35,501 bases of DNA from the NCBI GenBank assembly GCA_900128565.1, contig LT635943.1, positions 1 through 35,501 of the forward strand, read 5' to 3'. Positions 9,814-20,780 of the stretch are shown here, piece by piece (position 1 is the first letter of the stretch; each line of letters begins with the position of its first letter). Made by a program: the position numbers and the translations under genes. This stretch comes from Stramenopiles sp. TOSAG23-6 (Eukaryota). The notes under the pieces were generated by a model, which was not told the DNA's origin, did not search any database, and saw nothing but the letters and a program-made list of their open reading frames with translations.

Positions 9814-12401
9814 TTAAAATAATCCACTAAAATTGTTTGTCATATCATTCAAAGAAGAACTGTCTTCAAGAATACTACTAAACTTCAAACTGTTCAATAA
9901 GTTGACATCTAAATTCATAGTAATAGCATCATTTTTTATGCTTTTGCTTTCATCCTTTTTAGTTTCACTCAACATGATCTTCTTTTTCATAGTAGATGTC
10001 GTAGAAACCCTTTCATTTTTCATTTTAAGTTTTGCTTCTTTTCTCTTCAAACGATCTGCACGTTTTGCATCTCTTGCTTTTAACATGGCTTCATGAGAAA
10101 TTTGAGCAGGTGTTTTTGTACGAAATTCCATCGCCCCAGAGTTTAAAAGTTCTTGAAATGAAGTATCATTTGCCAATACTTTTTCAAACATCACACGTAC
10201 TCTTCTTAATTCAGATACTGAGCATATACATGCAAGAAGTTCAGACAGAGTTCGTTTTTCTAATGGCTCTTTAAACGCGGCTACAGGTGAAGTTTTACAT
10301 GTTCCAAATATGCTTGGATTTGCAACAGCAAGTAACATAAGTGAACGTTCACCATTTAATTCAGATAATTTTTTCAGAACATTTTTTCTGGAATCAGAAG
10401 ATGGAATTGGTATCAATTTACGATTTTCTTCATCCACATCTTTACTCTCAACATCATCATGAATGAGATATGCTGACTTTGCCATCATATCACACGTACT
10501 TGTAGAAGAATCGCGAAGTAAACTGTATAACTTTACTGCAGCTAAACGAGAAGTATGTATTGTGAAAAAAATTAAAATTATGTTTTTGTTAGATACAGAA
10601 ATTGGTACTACAATAAATATATTTGAAATCCATAATAAAAAAATACATCACTATCTTCAACACATCCAGGAATCCATCCAGGCATTCCTCCTTCTTTAGG
10701 CTCAGCAGTCCAACCTATTGAATCGTGAAGTAATGTCGCAATATCAAATTCTTCTCCTTTTGAATTACATTCCATAGCTAATTGTACTTCTGCACAATAA
10801 CGTTGTGTTGCTACATCATCTTCCTTGGAAAGANCTTTTGCTTTTTGAAGTTGTGTACGAGCAATAGTAGCATTTTTTTTATCTGGAGGATTTGATGATT
10901 CAGAAATCTCTAGAAGTTTTGTAAAATCCTGAATGGCTCCTTTCCAATCTTTAAAACCTAATCTCGCCATCCCACGCCTGTAAAAAGCTTTACTATGTAG
11001 TGGTGATATTAAAATTACCTCATCAGCTGCAATAAATGCTTCTATATAACGGTGAAGACGTAAAAGTACAGCAGATCGATTAGAAAGAGCAGCTACATCT
11101 GAAGGATTCAATTCAGCTGCTATATCATAATATTTCAAAGCTTTCGCATAATCCTTTTTACGAAAACAAACATTTCCCGCCTCTCTTTGTGCATTCGCTC
11201 GAACTTCTCTATCATCTACAGTAACACTTTTACTACTCAAAGACTTATCTTTACTGGTTGATGAATCCTCAGAGGAATATTTTTTTATATCCATTTCAAT
11301 ATCAGAGGAATATTTTTTTATATCCATTTCAATATCTCTTGGGTATATTGGAACTCGACCACTTTCAGTTCCTTTTAAAATGTCTTCACATTCTTTACGT
11401 GTCCGTGGAACAGAAAACTCTCCACTTTTACTTACTATATTATTTGGATAATAACGAACCCATGTATAACCTGAACGACGTAGAATCGAAGCACAAGAAA
11501 TTATAGAATCACTACTACTACTACTACTAATAGGATCGATAGGAATTAGACGGAACGGTAAAGTATGAACAATTGCAAGTGGAGTTTTTTCAACCCAGTC
11601 AAGTGTCAGATCACCCATCAAACATAATCCAATAGGATTTTTTGAACCAGAAGTGAGAACATGATTTGCTGCAACAAACATAGCAACTACATCACCTGCA
11701 TTACTTGCAGGTCTTTTTCGATCCGCTAGAATATTTGGAAATAAAACTACTCGTGTTGCATCAAAGCCATCTTTCCACCCACTTGATGCACAATTTGTTG
11801 GATGTACATCCCAAGCTCTTGTATGTGCAGTACGTTGAGATAACTCACGCGTTGCCATATCTAGAGATTTCGCAAAGGAAATACCCCAGTGTTGTAAAAG
11901 TGTATCAGTCACAGGGACACATGAACTTCCCAAATCCAGAATAGTGACTAAGGCTAGGCTATCCGTAAACATATTTTCTATACCAAGCATTGAACAGTAT
12001 GGTACACTTGTCTTTTTAGGGAGAGCTTTGTTTTTTTCAATAATCCATGAACGTGTAGTGAGCAGTGGTCTTAGTTTGCCACTAGCTGTATCAAGTGACA
12101 TCATCGATGAAGTCTCTGCATCCATCGAATTCTCTGCTTTCGAATTAGTACTATTATCAGAAGAAAAATATGTTTGAATACATTGTCCAATGAAACATGC
12201 TCGGTCAGTGTCAGTTTGGCATTGCTGGGAATATTGTCCAAACATGGTCAAAAGTGGAAGCTGTCTTTCTGATCCATTCACGGAAAGTGTCATTAAACCA
12301 GTATTACTGTCTACAGGCGTATCCTTTGTCACCTCCACATGCACAACTTTTGCAGCTTCCTGAAGAAGCCGCGTCACAAAACTTTGTAGTTTTTCTGCCA
12401 T
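9814..12401 (-). CDS. TPR-repeat protein with N-terminal DUF1444-like region; exons 12401-10649, 10556-9814 (831 aa)
   Basis: TPR triplet GNVCFRKKDYAKALKYY...SNRSAVLL...KAFYRRGMA. Removing 10557-10648 fuses the two ORFs in frame (EDSD-TSRLAAVK...MMAKS). Confidence 0.75.
10557..10648 (-). other. Non-canonical intron (AT...AC / GT...AT), 92 nt
   Basis: Sense strand: AGTG|ATGTATTTTT...GTATCTAAC...CACAATAC|ATACTTCT; phase 1, in frame. Confidence 0.8.
11269..11336 (-). repeat. In-frame 33-bp tandem duplication (DIEMDIKKYSS x2)
   Basis: Perfect direct repeat visible in both DNA and translation. Confidence 0.9.
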
Positions 12402-12705
12402 TGGAGAAATTGAAGTTTGATACGCTTCAACAAATAGTGCTGAGAAACTTGGACTGAGCTTGTCTTGTATTTACTTTTTGAGGTTTTGTTTGTTGCTGAT
12501 GATGTCAGTCATCAAAAAAATGTCCAAAAAAATCGATTTGATTTTTCAAAAAATAAAAATAAATTCGAAATTCACGAAAGAAGTCGAAGAAGTTGAACTT
12601 CGCGTCACTCATCAAAGATTTGAATTTGAATTTAAATTGATTTCAGGAATAACAAAATCTATCTACCTCCATTCTTCCACTCTCCACTCTGAAAGTGCGT
12701 TTAGA

Positions 12706-15700
12706 ATGTCGGGGGAATTAGATGTAGCACAATTAAAAAGTGAATTGAATGATGTATTAGCTGAGTTATCGAGATCAAAATTAGCACCAGAGTTATCTAC
12801 GAAACTCCAGAGCTCCCTACAGAATTATGGAGTTGATGAGTGTTCGAAGTCTCTGTACAATTCTACGTCGAAATCTTCACTTAGAGAAGTTACAAATGTA
12901 AGTGACTCTGAATTTCTTGATGTTGATTCACCGATCCATAATACAATGAATTTTTCATTTTCGCATGATAATTTATTCGAGCATAAGCAAGAAAATATTG
13001 GGTTGTCGAGTTCGCTTCACTCTCCGGGGTTGTCTGTATCTTATCCGGAAGATAATCTGAGTAACAAAAATAATCAGTGTGCTACTGAACTTCTTCACGG
13101 TAGCAACATATCACACATTCCCGGTCAAGTTTTGGATCCTGTGACAGGATTATTACGGCGAAGGCTTGCTGAAAAAGCGCATGGTGAAGCGCAATTAATA
13201 CTTCGTTTGAAAGACGGTGAAGCAGCGATGGAACAAATGCAGGGTCAATTATCACATGCAGAGGCAGCAGTTCAAGATCTCAGACAAATGATCAGTGATC
13301 GGGATCATCAAATACAAGATATGCAACGCCGAATTGAATCGGAGCAGGCTCGTGTTGATGATTTACTACGTGATAGAGAAGATCAAATGGAGCGCACAGT
13401 CACGTTAGAAGCTGAGCTATCTCAATGGGAGAAAAAACACTCACAGCAACAATTAGAAATGCGTTCATTAATTGCGCGTGAGAAAGAGATGCAAAATAAG
13501 TTAGATGAATCAGTAGTTTTGAAAACACAATTAAGAAGTAGATGTACCGAGTTATCCAGGGAGGTTCAAACTGAGAAAGAAGATGCAGCTCACAGACAAG
13601 CACAGATTACTGGAGATTTACAGTTTTCGCAGCAAACAGTTTCGCGTCTTCAAGTGGAATTGAGAGACACAAGAGATGGCGCAGTTCGTGCAGAAACCGA
13701 TTTAAACAGCATGGAAGCAACTGTGAAACAAACACGTTCATTATTAATGCAACGAGAAGAAGAAATGGCTGATCAAATTCGTTCATGGTCTCGTAAAGAA
13801 AGAGAACTTGAAGGAGCGATACTTGCTGCTCAGTCAAACACACAGCAAGAAAAACGAGCAGGTGAAATGCTGGTTGCGGAAATTCGTAGAGTTGAAAAGC
13901 GATGTGCTGATCTTGAATCCAGGCTCACAGAAAAATCTGCAAAAGAACTTCAACTATCAAGAATAGCAAGTGAAAGTCAAGCAAAAGCAGCAATGATGGA
14001 AGATCGCTTAGAAGAATGGCGTCGAGGTGAATCTCAATTGAAGGGTCATATCAATCAGTTAGAAAATTCTTTGCGTAATGAACAGGAGAAATTAGCAGAT
14101 TCAAATAGAGAAACTACTTTTGCTCAGCGTAAAACAACTGAAGAAAAGGCGAGGAGTGCTTCATTACGTGAAGAAATTGAAGCTGCAAGAATAAAAGATT
14201 TAGAGAATTATAGAAAAATACAAACGATAGATGCTGAGCGCAGGCTTATAGAAGGGAAATTATTGGCACAGAAAGAAGTAGAAAGTAGATCGGCTGCATC
14301 ACTAATAGCACTTGAGCAACAATGTGAGACATTACGTGGTCAATTAAAGTCATCAGAATTAGTCGCTTCAGATACACAACAAAAGCTAGCCGTTGAACGT
14401 GGAAAAGTACATGCTGCTGAGCAGAGACTTAAGGAGCAGCAAGCTGCTGCAATGGAGGAAGCACATACTCATAGAATGCAAACTACCGCTTTGCGTGCAA
14501 AGATATCAGATGAAAATGAGGCATTGCATCAAACTCGATCACGAGTGAAGGATCTAGAAACACGTGTGGTAGGCGGAGAGAAGGAAATCGCCCGCCAGGA
14601 AGAGTTACTAGGTAACGTTCGACAACAAGCCGATGAAAGAGATCATGATAGACTGAATGAAATCACTGCTCTTCAAGTTGCATTACAGGAAGCAGAAACT
14701 CAACAGAAGAGTATGACACAAGAATTAGTAGATACTGAGGATGTAGTGCGTGTACATGCAAGTCGTATTCGTAATTTGAAATCAGAGGCAGAAGAATGGC
14801 AACGACAAGTAGAAAGTCTTCGAGAGTCTCTCGTAATAGCTGATGAGCGAACTGAAATAATTCGTGGTGAAATTGAAATTGTAAATAAATCGCTTGAAGA
14901 AGAAAAAATGAAGAGAGCCACTTCGGATATGGCGGCATTGACAGCCAAGGAGGCAGAGCAGATGGCAAGGCGACAGATAGAAAAAATGAAATTACATGAG
15001 CAACAGAATGAACAATGTGTTCATCAATTAGAAAGGCGTGTAGAAGAAGCAAATAGATTGCGAGAGGTTGCAGAGAAGGCGCGTACTAGTGCCCTAGAAG
15101 ATTTAGAACGAGAGAATGAAAAGTTATCTAGTATGGATCATAAACTGAACACTGTAAAGGAGGAAAATAGTCAATTGAAAGCACAAATACAAGAGAAAGA
15201 TACAGAGGATGCCTGTAGAGGTGACCAACTTCTTGCTTCTCGGGCTGAAGTTCAGAAAGCAAATAAAAGAATACGAGAAATTGAAGAGAAATTAATTAAA
15301 TCACGTAGAACGGAGGATGCAAGTCTTCGTGAATTAGAATTAGCTGGTATGGCGAAAGAGCGAGTCGAGAGTGCTCTGAAAGAGGAAAGTAGATTGAGAC
15401 ATGAGGAACGTAGTAGATTTCAGTTACAGACAAAACTTTCATTGGAAAAAGGTAATGAAATGTTAAGCGACGCAGGCCAAAGAGCTATAGAAGCAGAGAC
15501 GCGTTGTCGCGAACTGACAGTGGCATTAGTAAACCAAAATGCTTCGACAGAAAAGATATCAATGAAGCTCAATGATACTTCCGAAAAAGTCGGGCAAGTA
15601 ACTGCGCGTGCTCTGGGTGCTGAACATGCTCTAAGTAAGTTAGAAAAAACACTTCATACAACAGAAACAGAAACATCAACATTACGTATGCAAGAGCAAC

Positions 15701-16266
15701 GACATCGGGAAGAAAACAAAAAATTGAAGCAAAGAATCCAAGAACAGGAGAAAGCACGTCTTAAACAAGTAGATAAATTGCGCCTCTCTCATATCACAGA
15801 ACAGCGAAGATCTGCTCAATTATTAGAAGAGATTGACGAAGTACGTCTAGCCCAAAATATTACAAATGAGCGATGTAACAATGCTATAATAAAAGCTAAT
15901 TTGGCCGAGGCAGAAGTTGTCCAGGTACTAAACTTACGCCACAACACTCTTTCTAAGCTCGAAGAATTTAGGAAGAATAATTCAAGAAATTACACTACAT
16001 CTGTTACAATGGAAGATGATGCATCAGATGATGTAGGTGCAATTGAGTGCAAGGGGGATATTATGGATTCAAAACAGTTAAAAGATATAACTAGTGAAGA
16101 TAAAAATACCACAAAATACATAAATTCATTTCTTGAAAAGCACAATAGCTCAAATGTCGATCAACATGCAGATGATCGAAATATTAATAAATTACACAAT
16201 CAGTATGATGAATTTCAAGACAGTGATAGTAAATATGGAACTTTAATTATTCCAAGACGGCGATGA
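12706..16266 (+). CDS. Large coiled-coil protein (about 1186 aa), function unknown
   Basis: Long E/Q/R/K/L-rich heptad ORF. Likely start is ATG 12706 (MSGELDV); the upstream extension looks like promoter sequence. Confidence 0.75.
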   Translation: MSGELDVAQLKSELNDVLAELSRSKLAPELSTKLQSSLQNYGVDECSKSLYNSTSKSSLREVTNVSDSEFLDVDSPIHNTMNFSFSHDNLFEHKQENIGLSSSLHSPGLSVSYPEDNLSNKNNQCATELLHGSNISHIPGQVLDPVTGLLRRRLAEKAHGEAQLILRLKDGEAAMEQMQGQLSHAEAAVQDLRQMISDRDHQIQDMQRRIESEQARVDDLLRDREDQMERTVTLEAELSQWEKKHSQQQLEMRSLIAREKEMQNKLDESVVLKTQLRSRCTELSREVQTEKEDAAHRQAQITGDLQFSQQTVSRLQVELRDTRDGAVRAETDLNSMEATVKQTRSLLMQREEEMADQIRSWSRKERELEGAILAAQSNTQQEKRAGEMLVAEIRRVEKRCADLESRLTEKSAKELQLSRIASESQAKAAMMEDRLEEWRRGESQLKGHINQLENSLRNEQEKLADSNRETTFAQRKTTEEKARSASLREEIEAARIKDLENYRKIQTIDAERRLIEGKLLAQKEVESRSAASLIALEQQCETLRGQLKSSELVASDTQQKLAVERGKVHAAEQRLKEQQAAAMEEAHTHRMQTTALRAKISDENEALHQTRSRVKDLETRVVGGEKEIARQEELLGNVRQQADERDHDRLNEITALQVALQEAETQQKSMTQELVDTEDVVRVHASRIRNLKSEAEEWQRQVESLRESLVIADERTEIIRGEIEIVNKSLEEEKMKRATSDMAALTAKEAEQMARRQIEKMKLHEQQNEQCVHQLERRVEEANRLREVAEKARTSALEDLERENEKLSSMDHKLNTVKEENSQLKAQIQEKDTEDACRGDQLLASRAEVQKANKRIREIEEKLIKSRRTEDASLRELELAGMAKERVESALKEESRLRHEERSRFQLQTKLSLEKGNEMLSDAGQRAIEAETRCRELTVALVNQNASTEKISMKLNDTSEKVGQVTARALGAEHALSKLEKTLHTTETETSTLRMQEQRHREENKKLKQRIQEQEKARLKQVDKLRLSHITEQRRSAQLLEEIDEVRLAQNITNERCNNAIIKANLAEAEVVQVLNLRHNTLSKLEEFRKNNSRNYTTSVTMEDDASDDVGAIECKGDIMDSKQLKDITSEDKNTTKYINSFLEKHNSSNVDQHADDRNINKLHNQYDEFQDSDSKYGTLIIPRRR

Positions 16267-16391
16267 CAATGTTTTTAATTTGTTTATTATTATTTATAAA
16301 AGATGTAGTATATAAGTAGTTAATTTGCTATGTAACAAACAAAAGAAAGTCACTAGTAAAACAAACATACAAAATAGAAACATCTTTTTTA

Positions 16392-18116
16392 CTACTTGGT
16401 CTCTCTGAATTCCTTTGCAAATTCACGAACACACTGTACAATAGCATTTTCGAGTAAAGGGATTACACTCTTTGCTCCTACCATATGCTCAGCTTTAGGC
16501 GAATTATTGAGCTTTAACTGATTTACCTCAATATTTTCAACTTCACCTGACTCAATCTCTGAAAGGACAACATGGTCTACTTCAGCATATACTAACTTAC
16601 CCTTAATAGTAGTCCCATCGGGAGCTGTGACAGTAAATGCAACAGTAAAATTGGATTCAAACATGTAACGTTTCTTTTTACGTATTACAGCAACTGAGGC
16701 TTCACAACCAACTTTTGTAGGTGCTGATGCTGATGCACGAATGCTATATTTCTTTGTTTCTTCTTGTACATTATTTTGTATTGAAAAGGTTTGATCAGCA
16801 ACACCACGCTTCAAACAAGAAGTTAGACAAGTTTTTGCCCAAACACTAACGTCAAGATCTTCCCATGTTTTGTAAAAAAATATGACAAATTGGATGTTTT
16901 TGTTTAGGTACAAAATTTCGTATGAAAAAAAAATAAATTTAAAATTCATGATGAAAACATACATGTTGTCCCTGACGCATTCCATGAACTTCCAGCACAA
17001 CCTGAAGCACGTAATTGTGCATCATTTTCTAATTGTTTCTTTAAAGTTCTAGGTGATAAAGCTTTTGGTTTGATATCACCGATGAGGGAAGTGTCTTCTT
17101 TAGAAAGTTCCCGTTTGAAGTAACAATATCCTTTCTCTTTAATATTTCGCATATCGTCATGTATTTTGGAAAAATATTTCAAAAAAAAAAAAACTAAAAT
17201 TTGTTAGGTACTTTTTTTGTTTAAAAAAAAAAATAAAACATACATTTTCACTTTTTGTTAATGTTGTACGTTCTTGTTGTATTGGTTTATTTGCAGATAA
17301 TAATGTTGGTGGAGGTGGGGCCATTTTTTCCTTTCGATTTTTATCTTTTTCTTTTAATCTCGCTTTTGCAAGTTTTTCTTTCTCTTCTTTTTCAGCTTTT
17401 TCAGCAGCTTCGCGGACTTTCTTTTTTTCAGCAGCAATATCAGCATTTACAGATGCAACAATGGCTTTACGTGACCGATCATGAATTTGTGGTCGCAAAC
17501 GCTTATATGCCTTCATTGCTTGTTTATGACCCTTTTCAATGTTTAATAATACAAAAAAGTCTCTAAACGCTTTTTCCACAAAACCTAATTTTTCTTGAGC
17601 TTGACCCCGACGAAATAAACCCTTTATCAAACCTAACTCCAAAGCTTCTTTTGTTGGTTCTTTACCAGATTTGAAATCACACATTTTACTCGAAAGAACT
17701 TGATTGCAGTCCTTTAGAGCTTTCTCTGCAATAGACGAATCATCTGGTGTACACAGTTTTACATAACAAAAAGCGCGGTTCAAAAGGATTTTAGACTTCT
17801 CAACCTTGCGTTGTCGTTTTGTCTGTTTCGATATTAATTTTGATTCTTCCGGCAACTCTAGAAGTGCAGCGTCATACTTTTTAACAGCATTCGTGTAGTC
17901 TCCAGCTTTAAATAGAACATTTCCTTCAGATTTCTCCGCGATACAGGCTGCAAGCGGCGGTGCAAGGTCTGGGTCGTCAATGTTTTCAAAACGGGAATAG
18001 TTGTTTACATCAGAAGTTGTTTGGTTAGAAGTGGAAGATATACTACTAGAATTAACCTCTTCTGAATTTTTCTCCACACTATCAGTAACACATTCCATAG
18101 GTGTATTCATAGTCAT
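16392..18116 (-). CDS. TPR plus Aha1 N-terminal-like domain protein (putative Hsp90 co-chaperone); exons 18116-17246, 17160-16965, 16866-16392 (513 aa)
   Basis: TPR motifs KSEGNVLFKAGDY...LLNRAFCYVKL...KGLFRRGQA. Splicing restores SSWNASGTTWEDLDVSVWAK, followed by EASVAVIRKKKRYMFE (Aha1_N-like). Confidence 0.8.
16867..16964 (-). other. Non-canonical intron (AT...AC / GT...AT), 98 nt
   Basis: Sense strand: ACAAC|ATGTATGTTTTC...TTCATACGAAATTTTGTACCTAAAC...ACAAAAC|ATGGGAA; restores GTTWED. Confidence 0.85.
17161..17245 (-). other. Non-canonical intron (AT...AC / GT...AT), 85 nt
   Basis: Sense strand: GAAA|ATGTATGTTTT...GTACCTAAC...AAAATAC|ATGACG; phase 1, in frame. Confidence 0.8.
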
Positions 18117-18215
18117 TAAATTACTGCTGTATTTCAGTGCTTATGTATATAATAAGGTAGTCTATTTCTACTGTATTGAGTGTGTACCTTGTAAGTTTTA
18201 TTACCAGTCAGCGTG

Positions 18216-18231
18216 AAACCCTAACCCTAGC
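18216..18231 (-). promoter_or_regulatory. Telomere-repeat-like motif GCTAGGGTTAGGGTTT
   Basis: 16/16 reverse-complement match to 22161-22176; about 100 nt upstream of the gene starting at 18116. Confidence 0.5.
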
Positions 18232-18359
18232 GCTATAGTATGGCATAAGAAGTAAAATAAATGAATATTCAGGGGAACTTTATAAAATGAACAGTCGCTA
18301 AACTTTCAAAAATACATTTTTCAAAAATATGGTACTACAAGATTTATGTTTTTCACTTG

Positions 18360-19766
18360 TTAAAACTGTGCAGCACACCGACCAATAATATTCACTACTT
18401 GGTCGATTTGATGTTCATTAATACAAAGAGGTGGTGCTAATCGAATTATATGCTCATGAGTCGGTTTTGCAAGAACTCCTAAATCTTTCATATCCATACA
18501 AAAATCCATAGCTGTTCGATTATTTTTTGGTGTAATTATTATTGCATTAAGTAGACCTTTACCTCTAACAATCTCAATAGGAGAAGAATCGCCACCTACT
18601 TTCTGAACTTCACGAATTCCTCTTCTTAACTTCGAACCCAAGTGTTGTAAAGAAATATTTCAAATTAGACATTCGTTAGCTATGAAATTTCGTATGAAAA
18701 AAAATAATAAATTCGAAATTGAAATGAAAACGTACATAATTTCTGCGTTTTCTGCCAGATTTTCATCACGAATCACTTCTAGTGCAGCAGTAGCTACTTT
18801 ACATGCTAATGGGTTACCTCCAAATGTTGAACCATGTTGGCCTGGTCTTATAGTGAGCATAACCTCATCAGAAGCTAAAACAGCTGAAACGGGTAAAATC
18901 CCACCGGATAAAGCTTTCCCTAGGACGAGTATATCAGGTTTTACTTGATCATGGTCACATGCTAATAATTTTCCAGTTCTTGCCAAGCCTGTCTGTACTT
19001 CATCAGCGATCAATAAAACATTATGTTGACTGCATATATCCTTGGCTTGTCTCATGAAACCTTCATCAGGAACTACGACACCAGCTTCACCTTGAATCGG
19101 TTCAACCATAAAAGCAGCACAGTTGGGATCACTAACAGCTACTTTCAAAGCATTCAAGTCATTATATGGAATTTGCTCAAATCCAGGGACAAAGGGACCG
19201 TAATTTGTGTAACTTTCTGGATCAGTTGATGAAGATACAGCTGCAAGAGAACGACCCCAAAAATTATTATTACAAAATACTACCTTTGCTTCGTTGCTCG
19301 GAACACCTTTTACTTCATATGCCCATTTACGACTAAGTTTAACTGCTGTTTCTCCACCTTCTACCCCCGAATTCATCGGAAGTACGCGATCGAAACCAAA
19401 GTATTCGGTTATAAAGCGAGAATATGGTCCAAGAATGTCATTATGGAACGCACGAGATGTCAAAGTCAAAGTCTGAGCTTGTTCTGTTAACGCCGAGATA
19501 ATCTTTGGATGGCAGTGGCCCTGATTGACTGCAGAGTATGCTGATAGAAAGTCAAGATACTCTTTTCCATCGGTATCCCATACATGTACTCCTTTTCCAC
19601 GAGCCAACACTACTGGCATGGGATGATAGTTATGTGCTCCATGTTTATCTTCGAGCGCCATACAAGTATTACCACTTGCTGGGAAAGATGTAATGCTGGG
19701 TTTGGAAATTGCAGCTGCTCTTGCACTCGATCTTCTCACAGCTCCAAGCATAGAACTAGATACCAT
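18360..19766 (-). CDS. OAT: Ornithine aminotransferase, mitochondrial; exons 19766-18738, 18641-18360 (436 aa)
   Basis: Motifs [52 protein letters not shown] (PLP lysine), [11 protein letters not shown]; exon 2 has [10 protein letters not shown] and [14 protein letters not shown]. Confidence 0.95.
18642..18737 (-). other. Non-canonical intron (AT...AC; alternative register GT...TT), 96 nt
   Basis: Sense strand: GAAATT|ATGTACGTTTTC...TTCATACGAAATTTCATAGCTAAC...ACAACAC|TTGGGT. It contains an in-frame TGA, so it must be removed. Confidence 0.9.
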
Positions 19767-20229
19767 CGTGAAAGAATGGCAATTTAGAAGTGTGCTTAAA
19801 ATTAAACGGTTGGCAAAAAGAGACACCTCCTCTGTCTTGATCTTGAACGACTTCTCTCGCATGTCTTTTTCAAAATGGTTTTCGTTTTCTTCAGTTTTTG
19901 CGTTTGAAAAAAAAAAAAATGAAAAATTAATATTGAAATTTAACGGCTGGTGGTTACGACTACTACTACTACTTATACTTACGCCACTACAATCTCAAAT
20001 CGCTATACTATCGGAGCTTACAACCAAAGGTACACAATAATTTCATCAAATATTGTTTATGCGCCATAGCAGTTTAACAAGTCATAGAAGATCATTATCT
20101 ATTGAAGCTATTCCCTACGTGCATATTCTTTGAATAATAGCTTTAAAAAAAACAACGTCTTCTAATTTACAGAAATACGTTTTTTGACATTCTTTTATTA
20201 CCATTCATTCTATTCTCATCCAAGTAACT

Positions 20230-20556
20230 ATGTCTAAAAATCAGGAAGGAAAAAACGAAGTTGAACAATCTAGTGTCTCAAGTTTACTTATGCAAGCATA
20301 TGTATTAGTAGAGCAAAAACAATTTGAAGAAGCTCAACGTTTACTTCAACAAGTTCTTAGAGAAGAACCTAACAATTCGTTGGTTATAAAATATCAGCAA
20401 GTCCTTGAAAAGGCTCAAAAGCACGCTGAAGAATCTGACTCTGAGGATTCTGATGTTGAGAACAGTGGTGAAAGTGATGGTACTGATGATACTTCAGACC
20501 TGGATACTACAGAATGTGATATTTCAGTGGATAATGACATTGTACATAGTAAATAA
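20230..20556 (+). CDS. Small protein with single TPR-like helix pair and acidic tail, 108 aa
   Basis: LMQAYVLVEQKQFEEAQRLLQQVLREEPNN followed by a D/E/S-rich tail. Confidence 0.6.
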   Translation: MSKNQEGKNEVEQSSVSSLLMQAYVLVEQKQFEEAQRLLQQVLREEPNNSLVIKYQQVLEKAQKHAEESDSEDSDVENSGESDGTDDTSDLDTTECDISVDNDIVHSK

Positions 20557-20780
20557 AGACATTTTTAAATCTTTGTTTTTCAGACTTTTTCTATCTAGGT
20601 ACACGAAATATTGATCAATTTTAATAGCAAAAACTGTTCAGTCCACGACGAGTACAAAAAATGTTGACCTAGAGCTACTGTTTACATAATTGGTTACTAT
20701 ATAGTAGTACATCTAATTACTTCTAGACTCCCGTCATAATATATATTGAGTCATTTTTGTATACACATACATATTTGGTC

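Noticed and set aside
12460-12705. N-terminal extension of the coiled-coil ORF
   Set aside because: It starts at TTG only 58 nt from the divergent gene's ATG and has AT-rich promoter-like composition.
19767-19862. Upstream in-frame ATG for OAT (MREKSF...)
   Set aside because: The downstream [14 protein letters not shown] looks like a mitochondrial presequence start and gives a typical length; the extension is not excluded but is less likely.
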